This document shows positions 34,240 to 45,300 of a stretch of 62,761 nt of DNA, in pieces. The notes beneath the pieces are model-generated. The model saw nothing but the letters and a program-made list of their open reading frames with translations, was not told the origin of the DNA and did not search any database. The stretch covers positions 1-62,761 of the forward strand of contig JWZX01002709.1 of assembly GCA_001275005.1 (NCBI GenBank), in the 5' to 3' direction. Each line of letters opens with the position of its first letter. The stretch's first letter is position 1. A program made the position numbers and the translations under genes. Origin of the DNA: Chrysochromulina tobinii. Lineage: Eukaryota.

Positions 34240-36810
34240 TCATGCCCGGCGCCGCTGCGCCATCCAAACGACCGCCACGGCGACCGCCACCGCGCCAAAA
34301 GCGAGCACCCGTCGACGCCCTTCCGCCCCTCGCTGCTCGGCCGCCGCTTTGGCGACGAGCTGCTCGACGTCATCGTCCTGCGGCGCGACAGGCCGCTTTC
34401 ATCAGAAGATGTGCAGCGCGCGACAGGCCGGCTTCGTCAGAATATTCAGGTTTCGTCAGCAGATGCAGCGCAGCAGTGGCGATCCAGTGGCAATCCAGTG
34501 GCAATCAAGTGGCACTGACCTGCGGCTCGACACGCCGCTGCACCTCGCGCACAAAGTCGTACGCGGCGCCCGGCTTCATGATCGGCAACGTGCCGTGACG
34601 AAACACGTCGAGCTTGATCTCGAGCTCGCGTCGGAGATTGTACCACCAGCTCTCGGCGCGCAGCTGCTGCGTGCGCCCGAGGGCGTGCGAGCTGCGCAGC
34701 ACCGGCGTGACCCTTGGGATGCGCATCTGCAATGAGGGGGGCAATCAGCATGCAATGAGGGAGGCAATCAGCATGCGAGCCACGTGACCCTCGGGATGCG
34801 CATCTGCTGGTACATGGCCGCCGTCAGAGGCAATCACGGAGCAATCATTGAGCAATCATTGAGCAATCAAGAAGCCATCGCGGAGCCATCACCTGCTGGT
34901 ACATGGCCGCCGTCGCCTGCATATTCGCATCGGACGGGTCAAACGGCTTGGTGCCCGCCGCGCAGCAGTAGTGCCGTAGGAGGCGAGAGAGCACGCCAGC
35001 ATCCTCCATGGCCATCATGGCGCCCTGCCCGATGTACGGCACCGGGGGGTGCGCTGCGACCGGAACCGGATCCAAATTAGGGACGCCATCCGGATCCAAA
35101 TTAGGGACGCAATCAGAGGGACGTCATCTGGGACGCGCTCAGAGAGGCCATCCGCGTGATGGAATCTGCGAGATGCAATCTGCGAGATGCTCTGCGAGAT
35201 GCAATCTCACCTGCGTCCCCGAGGAGGACGACGCGCCCACACAGGCTCACCCACGTGTCGAGGGGATCCCGCGAGAAGACGCCGAGCTTGATGACGGTCT
35301 CCGCCTGGCGCAGCGGCGCGAGGAAGGCTTCATGCCACCTGATGAGGGAGGCAATCAGAGGCGCACTCAGTGGCAATCAGAGGTCATCGGTGGCGAGAAG
35401 AAGGCGTGAAGAAGGCGATTAGGGAGGCAATCAGCATGCAATGAGGGAGGTAATCGAGGAATTTCGTGGCCATCAGAGTTTCACCCGTCTGCCTCGAGCT
35501 TGGCCGCGAGCGCGACGCACTCCGCTCGTCCTTCGTCCGCTGAGAGCGTGCCTGCATGCAATTAGGGAGCTCATCAGAGCTCATCCGATGCAATCAGAGG
35601 CAATCTCCGCTCGTCCTTCGTCCGCTGAGAGCGTGCCCCAAGCTTCGTCATGAGGGAGGCAATCAGCATGCAATGAGGGAGTTCGTCCGCTGAGAGCGTG
35701 CCCCAAGCTTCGTCATGAGGGAGGCAATCAGCATGCAATGAGGCAATCCGCATGCAATGAGGGAGTTCGTCCGCTGAGAGCGTGCCCCAAGCTTCGTCAT
35801 GAGGGAGGCAATCAGCATGCAATGAGGGAGTTCGTCCGCTGAGAGCGTGCCCCAAGCTTCGTCATGAGGGAGGCAATCAGCATGCAATGAGGCAATCAGC
35901 ATGCAATGAGGGAGTTCGTCCGCTGAGAGCGTGCCCCAAGCTTCGTCAGTCGTCGTGGCGGGAAAGTACAGTTGAAAGATCTGCTCCGCCTCGCCTGATG
36001 GGGGAGGCCATCCGAGGCGCACTCAGAAGCGCAAGCAATCCGTGGCGCACTCAGAAGCGCAATCCGTGGCCATCAATCGCAATCCGTGGCCATTAGTCGC
36101 AATCCGTTCAGGGTTTGACAGATCGGCTCCGCCGCCTCACCGGTGGGATAGAAGCAGCCGTGGCATTTGGTGGTGCGGGAGGAGGGGAAGCAGATGCCGC
36201 GCATTGGGCGCGGGACCTTGGCCGCGCCCATCAGGCACGTGACGCCCGTAAACTCGGCGGCCAGCTTGCCCACAACCGCCTCTCTCACCCTCGACTTGAG
36301 CCCGTCGGCGCCAAAGACGACGCGCACCGTCCGGCTCGTGCCGTCCGCAAAGGTGACGTCGACGGTGCCGTCGGCGCGAGGCTGCACGTGCTCCGTGCGC
36401 ATCTTGAAGTGCACCTTGATGCCCGCCGCCGTCGTCGCGTCGAAGAGCACCTTCTGCAGCCGCCAGCGCCGGATACCGAGGCTTTGCAGCTCGGGGTCGT
36501 CGCTCAGCTCGCTCTCGCGCGCGCATGCCACCTGGGTGCCGTCGTGCCGGTACCATCGCCGGTAGATGTAGTCGTACCCGGACGCGCGCACGGCTGCCAG
36601 CAGCTCGGGCGAAATGTCACGCAGCACGCGCAGGCCGTTGGCGTACAGCCCGACGGCGCCGCCCGCGTTGTTGGTGAACGCGGTCGCCTGCTCGAACACT
36701 TCGATGTCCGCGCCCGAGAGGCCGCAATGCTTGCGCAGCGCGAGCGCGAGGCACAGCCCGCCGATGCCAGCGCCGACAATCAGCACTCGCGGTTGCGCGT
36801 TCGCGTCCAT
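34240..36810 (-). CDS. FAD-dependent aromatic monooxygenase family protein with C-terminal TM anchor, multi-exon
   Basis: VLIVGAGIGGL, FGADGLKSRVR, GRVVLLGDA/AHPPVPYIGQGAMMAMEDA; last exon ...RRRVLAFGAVAVAVAVVWMAQRRRA*. Confidence 0.9.
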
Positions 36811-37004
36811 CCTTCCTGAGTTTCGTCAGTGCCGAAGAATCGAATCCGGCGGCGTGAACGTTAACACGACAGACGCGACAACCGTTGCTACGGCACTGTG
36901 AAGGGAGCGCACGGTGTTTCACGAATTTGCAGGTTTTCCGTATGTTTCTTCAGACACATGTGTCCCGCATACCATCACACAACTTGGCCTCTGCACAGAA
37001 GCGC

Positions 37005-40000
37005 TCAGTCCGAGTCCAAGTCGATGACATCCTCCGGCTTGGGCTTCGGCTTCGCCTTCTTCCGGGGCGCAGCCGCTGGCGCCATGACGGGCGCGGCACC
37101 GGCGGCTGACGCGGCGGCTGGCGCGGCGGCTGGCGCAGCTGCGGGTGGGGGCCTGGGCGCCGTGTCGGGCGCGGGGCGCTTGCGAGCAGCGCTCGCGGAC
37201 GCCGACGCGCCGCCCGCGCCCACGACGGCGCCCGGTCCCTCGGGCGCCAGCCCGAACGAGCCCGCGCCCACGACGGCGCCCGGTCCCTCAGGCGCCAGCC
37301 CGAGCGAGAGCCTTCGTTTGGGAAGGTCCACAGCGAGCACCTGATGAAGGAGGCAATCAGAGGTCATCAGAAGTAATCAGAGGTCATCAGAGGTCATCAG
37401 AGGTCCACAGCGAGCACCAGGAGGGATAGGGGCATGCCCACGCAGGCATGCTCGAGGGGATCAGACACGCGTCCACCGCCCGCTGTGCGCATCTGCGAGA
37501 GAGAGAGAGAGGAGCACACGGTCGTGAGAGGCCCTCAGAGCGTAATCAGAGCGTAATCAGATCGAAATCAAAGCGTAATCAAAGCGCAATCAGAGCGTAA
37601 TCAGTCACCTGCGAGACATGCAGTAGCCCATCGTCTTTGAGCCCCACGTTGACGAAACAGCCAAAGGGCGTGATATTCCGCACGACTCCCTCAAGCCTCT
37701 GCCCGAGGACCAAATCGGCCAAAGTTTGCAACGAGGAGCCCAGCAACAACGGTCCGGGCAGCTCCTCACGAGCGTCGCGTTGGGCAGCCGTCAGCGCCTC
37801 GAGGAGCTGCATGAGGGCGAGCTCGCCCACGCCGCAGGCAGCCGCCAGCGCAGTGCGACCACTTGGTGTGGCCGCGCGCCGCAGCCCTAATTGCCCTAAT
37901 TGCACTAATTGCACTAATTGCCCGGATTGCCCTGATTGCCCACTGGGGGTTACATCTCGTCCGACGAGATCGTGCCCTAATTGGGCAAGCAGCCGACGGC
38001 ACGCTTCGTATGATTCGGGATGGACGGCGGTCGCATCGAGTGGCTCTGCCGCGTCGAGGCCCAGCCGAAGGAACCCGGCCGCCTGTTCAAATGATTGGGG
38101 TCGCAATCAGAGGCAAGCAGGGGCACTCAAAAGCACTCAGGAACGGTCAAACGATTTGCACTTGAACGGCCGCCTAATGGCAATCGGGAGGTGATCGAGA
38201 GGTAATCACCTGCTCGTGTGTCCAAATGATTGGGGTCGCAATCAGGAGGTCATCAGTGGCAATCGAGAGGTGATCGAGAGGTAATCACCTGCTCGTGTGT
38301 CCAAATGATTGGGGTCGCAATCAGAGGCAAGCAAAGGCCATTAGGTCGTGAGGCTCATTTAGGGCAGCCACCTGTTCAAAGGTCTTGGGGCCGATTCCCT
38401 TGATGGACCGCAGGGAGGCGCGTGAAGTGAAACCGCCGGCAGGCCGCGCCGCGACGATGGCGGCCGCTCGGGAGGCGTTGAGGCCGCCAATGTGCATGAG
38501 GAGGCTGGTTGAGGCTGTGTTGAGGTCCACACCTACGTGGCACACCGCCGACTGCACCACCTGCGCCGGGGGTAGTGGGGGGTCGGGGGACTGAGCGGGG
38601 CGAGTCGGGGGACTGGGGGGTGGTCGTGGGACTGGGGGGGGAGTCGGGGGACTGGCGAGGTGAGGGGGGTGGAAGTGGCGAGGTGAGGGGGGTGGAAGTG
38701 GCGAGGTGAGATGGGTGGGACTGGCGAGGTGGGGGAGGCCATCAATGCTCATCAGTCGCAATCAGCATGGAAGCTCTCCTGTGCCAACTCAGCGTCGAGC
38801 AGCTTGGGCGGCAGGTCATGTTGGTACAGCCCCACTCCGAGGGATTTGGGATCAACTCGGACGAGCTCCGCCATGGGGTCCTGTGAATGTGAACGCAGGC
38901 CATCAGTGGTCATCAGAGGTCATCAGAGGTCATCAGAGGTCATCAGAGGTCATCAGGGGTCATCAAAGGTCAACAGAGGACATGAGATCGCTCACCTGCA
39001 GCCGGCGAGCGAGCGAAGCTGCGCCGATCGCCGCTGGGTCGAGTGTCGGGTCTGCCACCTGCATGCAATGAGGGAGGCAATCAGCATGCAATGAGGGAGG
39101 CCGATCGCCGCTGGGTCGAGTGTCGGGTCTGCCACCTGCATGCAATGAGGGAGGCAATCAGCATGCAATGAGGGAGGCAATCAGCATGCAATGAGGCAAT
39201 CAGCATGCAATGAGGGAGGCAATCAGCATGCAATGAGGGATGCAATCAGCATCCCACCTGGGCCGCCGCAGTCACGGACAGGACCGATGCCCCAGCCTCA
39301 TGCACCACGCTCAAGCGCACGTGCGAAAGAGAAGGGTCCGCACGTACCTGATGAGGGAGGCAATCAGACGTATTCGGAGGTCATCAGAGGCCATCAGAGC
39401 TCATCAGAGAAGGGTCCGCACGTACTGCCGCCGCCACCACCTCAACAGTCTCGTGGTTCGCAGTGAGGGAGGCAATCAGCATGCAATGAGGGAGGCAATC
39501 AGCACCTACTGCCGCCGCCACCACCTCAACAGTCTCGTGGCTCGCAGTGAGGGAGGCAATCCGCATGCAATGAGGGAGGCAATCAGCACGTACTGCCGCT
39601 GCCACCACCTCAACCGTCTCGTGGCTCGCAGTGCCATCGCCAACGGCCACCACGCTCACTCGATGCTCCTTGATCCATTCTCGTAGCGTACGCTCGGCGC
39701 TGGCTCGCTCGCCGTGCGGCGGGTGGGCCATGATCACGCCGTGGGCGCGTACCTGCATGCAATGAGGGAGCTCATCAGAGCTCATCAGAGGCCATCATTG
39801 CTCATCAGAGGCAATCAGAGCTCATCAGAGGCAATCAGAGCTCATCAGAGGCAATCAGAGCTCATCAGAGCTCATCAGAGGTCATCAGAGCTCATCAGGG
39901 GCCATCAGAGGCGCACACCCGTCCCTCGGCGTCGATGACCGCCAGCTTGCAGCCGGAGCGGTAGCCCGGGTCGACGCCCAAGATGACGCATCCACGCACG

Positions 40001-41824
40001 GGCCGTTGGAGGAGCAGTGCACGCAGATTCGATGAGAAGACCTTCGCAGCTTGCATCTCAGCTTCGTCAGTCATCCGCCGCCGAAGCTCGCGCACCTGAT
40101 GACGGAGGCCATCAGTGGCCATCAGTGGCCATCAGTGGTCATCAGTGGCAATCAGGCTCAATCAGGGCTCTCGCACCTGATGAGGGACGCCATCATTCGC
40201 CATCAGGCGCAATCAGGCTCAATCAGGACTCTCGCACCATGGCCGGCTGCAGCAGCCGAGTGAACGCGTCCGCGACCGCCGCCTCGAGGAGTGAGGCGCG
40301 CTCACCACGGCGCTCCTCCGTACGTGGGAGGGCGGCGGCCTCGAGGCAGCGAAGGGCTCGATTGCGATCTGGCACGCTCACCTGATGACGGAGGCCATCA
40401 GCGTCACTGAGCTTCGTCACTCCGAAGGCTGTGACGTGGCTTAGGCGGAGCGGACGGACCGGATGGCAATCAGAGCTCATCAGGCGGATGGCAATCAGAG
40501 CTCATCAGGCGGATGGCAATCAGAGCTCATCAGACGGATGGCAATCAGAGCTCATCAGACGGATGGCAATCAGAGCTCATCAGGGGGATGGCAATCAGGC
40601 ACTTTTATGATGAGGATGGCCATCAGGCACTCCCATTCGTACTCAGGCGCACACCCACCGTGACTCGGATGGCCTTCCGCGCCTCGTACCTGATGAGGGA
40701 GGCAATTAGACGTAATCGGAGGTCATCAGAGGCTATCAGAGCTCATCGGATGGCCTTCCGCGCCTCGTACCGATTGATGGCGAGCACGCGGTGAGCGGGC
40801 AAGCTGCTCGCGCGCACGCTCAGACCGATCAATGACGAAACCGCGTCGTCACGGGCGCTCGACGCGTTGTCGCGGGCGGTCCCGGAGGAGGGGCGTGAAG
40901 TCGTGGCGCCCGACACGGCGCCCGTCTTGCCGCCGCCGCTCGCACCGCCGCCGCCGCCACCGCCGCCGCCGCCGCCCTCAGCGGTTGCATGCTTGCTCGG
41001 CGCCCGACACGGCGCCGAAGCGGCCACGCTCAAAAGTCGCGTGGCGCCAAAAGTACTCTCGCAGCGACGCGCGGGCGGCGGGGTTCTCGCTCACCTGAGG
41101 AGGGATGCGGATCCCGTAGTACTTAGTGGCATGCACTCAGTCGCATGCACTCAGTCGCATGCACTCGGTGGCATGCACTCGGTGGCATGCACTCGGTGGC
41201 AATCAGCGTGCATCAGCATCAACAAGAGCCAATCAGCACCAATGCGCCAATCAGCGGCCATCAGAAGCAATCAGCGGCACCCAGAGGCAATCAGCGCCAA
41301 TCAGCGGCCACCAGCGCCCAGCAGTCGCTCACACGCTCGGCAAGCAAATGGATCACGCCGCCGCAAGTGCCCTGCTGGACGCGATCGCCGGCGTCGAAGG
41401 CGCTCCGAATCTCGGCGTCCGAGATCGACGAGTGCAACCAGATGCGCTCAGCGAGCGGCGCGAGGCCGCGTGCTCGCGCGGCTTCCGCCAGGGTGCCTCG
41501 CGACTGCTTGAACGGTGCGTGCAGGTCGTCTAGCGTGCACAGGTCCGACGCATCGCGCACAGCCTGCAGCGCTGCTGGCGGAGCGTCCGCCTTCTCCAAC
41601 GCACGCAGCACCGTCTGCCGCCGGTCCTCCAAGGCGGCGTGCTCACGAAGCGCGGCGCGCACGGCGTTCACCTGCCGCTCGTCCATGCCACCCGTCAAGT
41701 CAGAGCGATACCGCACGATGAATGGAACCGTCGCGTCCTCGGCCAGAAGCTGCCGCGTCGCCTCGAGCTGCTGTGGGCGTATGCCGAGCGAGGCGGCACA
41801 GCGCGCGAGCCATGCCTCTCGCAT
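37005..41824 (-). CDS. Tex/SRBD1-like S1 RNA-binding protein, multi-exon
   Basis: ATVPFIVRYR, HRVLAINR, ILGVDPGYRSGCKLAVID, SLARRLQ/DPMAELVR, VGVDLNTAS, GIGPKTFEQ, LDATAVHPESY, GVVRNITPFGCFVNVGLKDDGLLHVS. Confidence 0.93.
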
Positions 41825-42057
41825 GTTGGGCGGCGAACCCGCGCGCCTCTCTAGTGGCGGCGCGTGCGGGAGCGGCAGGCTAGGCCGACGAGCGATCAGG
41901 TGTGAATGGTTACCATTTGCTGTGAAAACGACAGCGGTCCCGCGGGTCCCCCCGCAAAAACAGTGTGGGGGAGCCGGGACACCCGTGGTCTGTGTGTCTG
42001 CGTGAAGCAAAAACGGGTCGACACACAATACGCTCATGCGAGCGCTAACCCTAACCC

Positions 42058-42300
42058 AGGCCGAGAAGTGGCGGATGTCCTTAGCGGTGATCGAGTCGAT
42101 CACGAAGAGGGAAGAGCAAGCCCTGGAGCTTGCGGCCAGGGGAGATTATTGACAAACTCGAGCGTCGCCATCTGCTTCCTTGTCGAGGACGAGAACGCCT
42201 GCCACGTGATCCGCCTGTCGGTCGCGTAGACGTCGGGGTTGAGAAGGACCTTGATGCCCCGATAGACCTTGCCCACGTGCGTCGGCAGGCTGCCCAGTGC
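42058..42300 (-). pseudogene. Remnant of an NAD:arginine ADP-ribosyltransferase (R-S-E class ART) domain
   Basis: Manual translation from 42300: ALGSLPTHVGKVYRGIKVLLNPDVYATDRRITWQAFSSSTRKQMATLEFVNNL, +1 frameshift, PGRKLQGLLF, 7-nt duplication, VIDSITAKDIRHFSA, then lost. YRG and FSSST motifs are present; the catalytic ExE is absent; no start codon. Confidence 0.85.
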
Positions 42301-45300
42301 TATGTCGTCGGCAGCTTCTGGCCGCCATTGCAGCGGTGGTAGGCGATGACGTAGTCGATGTGCACGTACTCGGAGTGGAAGAGAACAAACTCGCGGTAGC
42401 GATCGATCACCTGGCCCAGCTCGGCGATCAGCGAATGGTGGCAGATTGGTGGCGTGACGCCCGGCACCGCCGAGAGCTCACGGAAGTTGACGGGGAAGAT
42501 GAGCGCACCATTGTCCATCGAGGTGGCCGTCTGGCCCGGTTGCTGCGTGCGCACGGGGTAGCCGAGGGCCGCGCGCACCACGAGAACGTAGAAGACGTCG
42601 CCCGGGTGGCGGAAGGTTCTGCCGTACAGCCGCTTGTGCAGGTCACTGCTCGGGTCGTACGCGCTGTCGGCACTGACGTACTGATCCGTCTTGCCAACGT
42701 CCTCCGCGAGGTAGACGCCGTCGCCGAAGGCGGTGCCCGCGCCGGTGCCCGAGTAGCGCTCGTTCAGGCCCGTGGACAGCAGGTGGAACAGCCGATCTGG
42801 GTTGGTGCCATGCAGGAGGATGACCTCATTGCAAGCCTCCGAGGGGGTGAGGCCGCGCACGCGATCGGTCTTCACGGGCAGGCCGGGAACGAAGGAGACA
42901 TTCTTGCCCTTCCTCTCGAGCAGCTCGAGCTCCTGCTGCACGCGCTTCACGCCGGTCGTGTACTTGTCCAGGTTGCGTGGATGGTCGACCTTCCACGCAC
43001 ACGCGAGCTTCAGCGAGTCGTACGGGCCGTACTTTTTCGACACGTCCTTGCCCTTGCCGAGCCACTCTGGGTACTCTGTCTGGAGCAGCGCCTCAAGGGA
43101 GCGTAGCAAGCGTGCATCGGTCTCCGGCCGGAGAGCCTGGAGGGCGAAGCCGTCCTGCTCCAGTGCGAGACGAGCCTTGTTCTCGGCGGCCGGCTGTCCG
43201 CGCAGCGACCCAACAGCAGGCGCGGCTAGAGATGGCGGGGGAGGTGGTGGGACAGGGCCGGAGATGGTGAGGCTCGCAGCGATAGCCGCAGCAAGCTGAG
43301 CGTCTTCAACCTCTTGCAGCGCCTCGGATTCCTGCTGACTCCTCTCCGCCTGCTCCTTGACACGCTGCTCCTCGAGAAAGCGCGCGCGCACCGAAGGCGC
43401 ATCGCGCAGCAGTTGCAAGACCTCATTCTGATCCTGGGCCGGCTTCTTCACCATCCCCGACGAGAAACCAACCTGGACGAGATCGAGCACGCCGCTCACG
43501 TCGGCGCCATGCTGGATGAGGAGCCGGAGCATTTTGGGCTGAGCGAGCGCGCCGAAGCGCTGCACCAGGCGGATGCCGTGATGATCGGTCGCATTAGCAC
43601 GCGCGCCTGCCTCGAGCAGCGCGGCGCTTTGGGCTTCGTCACCACGTATCATCGTGCGAATGAGCACCGGGTCACCATCGTGATCGAGCTGGTTTGGGTC
43701 CGCCTTTGCCTTGAGCAGCATCCGAAGGCACTCGACGTTGCGCGGGCTCGGGTCACAGGTGGCCAGCATCAGCGGCGTGCCGCCTTTGCCATTGGGCTGC
43801 TCCACATTCCCCTTTGCCTCAATAAGTAGCTTGAGCAGCGGAGGGTTCGCTTCCTGCGCTGCCCAGCTCATCGGGTGCGCGCCACGGTGGTCCATACGAC
43901 CGATGGTGGCCGTGGCGCCCGCCTTGAGCAGCAGCGCCGCCGCCTCGATCGATCCCTTTTTAGAGACAAACCCGAGTGGGCTCTCGCCATCGCGCGGATC
44001 GATGGCATTGACGTCGACCTTGTGCTCGATGAGGATGCGCACGCACTCGAGCTTGACATCTTTCTGGTCTTCCTCGTAACCAAGTGCAAGCATGAGAGGC
44101 GAGCCGCCTTTACCATTCTTCTTCTCGACGTCGGCCTTGGCCTTGCAGAGCAGCTCGAGGATCTTGGGGTAGGCGTCCTGGCACGCCCAGTGCATCGGAT
44201 GCGTGCCTATCCGATCCATCTTATTGATCGTCTGTGCCGCGCCGTGCTCCAACAGTATCTGGACGCACTCGAACGATCCGCCATGCGCCGCGGCATTGAG
44301 CAGCGTGGTACCATCATCTCTTGTATAATTTCCGTCGGCCTTGGCGCCGAGTAGTAGCCTGCAGCACTCGGAATGGTCGGCTATGCATGCGAGCAAGGTG
44401 GGTGGGTCGCCATCGGCGTCAGTCAAGTGGACGTTTGCGCCGTTGGCCAACAGCCACTTGATGGCATCGGTACGATCGCCGAGCACTGCGAAGGCGAGCG
44501 GTGTCATTGACCTCGCGAAGGAGGAAAATTGGTGGGTGTCCACATTGGCCCGGCCCCGGAGCAGCAGCTGAAGGATAGGCAGGTTGAGGTTGGGCTCGAC
44601 GCAGCAGAGCCAACCGAGCGGCGTGCACTCGAGCGGCTCGGTCTTGCATTCCAAGTTGGCACGCGCATTGATGAGCGCCTCGACGCAGCTGCTGTGCGCG
44701 CCACGGACCGCCGCAAATAGCGGCGTGTACCGCTCCTCGTCCACCGCCTCCAGGCTGGCGCGGTGCTCGAGGAGCAGCTGCACGCACACAACGAATCCGT
44801 TTCGCGCAGCCACACCAAGGGGGCTCAGCTCCCCTCTTGGCTGGATTTGTACGTCGGCCCCACGATCAAGGAGCAGCCGAGTGCACTCGAGCGACCCAGC
44901 ACGGCACGCGTGCCACAGCGGCGACGCCCCCGAAGCGTCCCGCACATTTGGGTTGCACTCGGGACTATTGAGTAGCGCCTCAAGTCGCGTGACTGACTTG
45001 GCCGCGGCCATGAAGATATCGTTGAGGTCGCCGGTGACGATCTCGAGCCAGCGTGCATCCAAATTCCAAATTCCAGAAGCAGCCTCGTGCGCCATGCGCG
45101 CCAACTGGAGCATCTGCAACATCGACGCCTTCTGTGCGCGCATGTGCTCTTTCTGGTTCCTGCTGCGGCCGCCGCCCGTCCTAGAACCCGTCACGCCGTC
45201 GTAATCCCCCTTTGCCTCCGGCGGCCGCGGCCGGGTGAGCGTGTCGTGGGGCGGGTCGGGCGCAGCCGCATCGAGAAACAGGAGCCGGCCGGCCGCCATC

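Noticed and set aside
38570..38740. G-rich tract as a regulatory G-quadruplex (also 56680-56765)
   Set aside because: Low-complexity intronic or intergenic repeat in a very GC-rich genome; nothing supports function.
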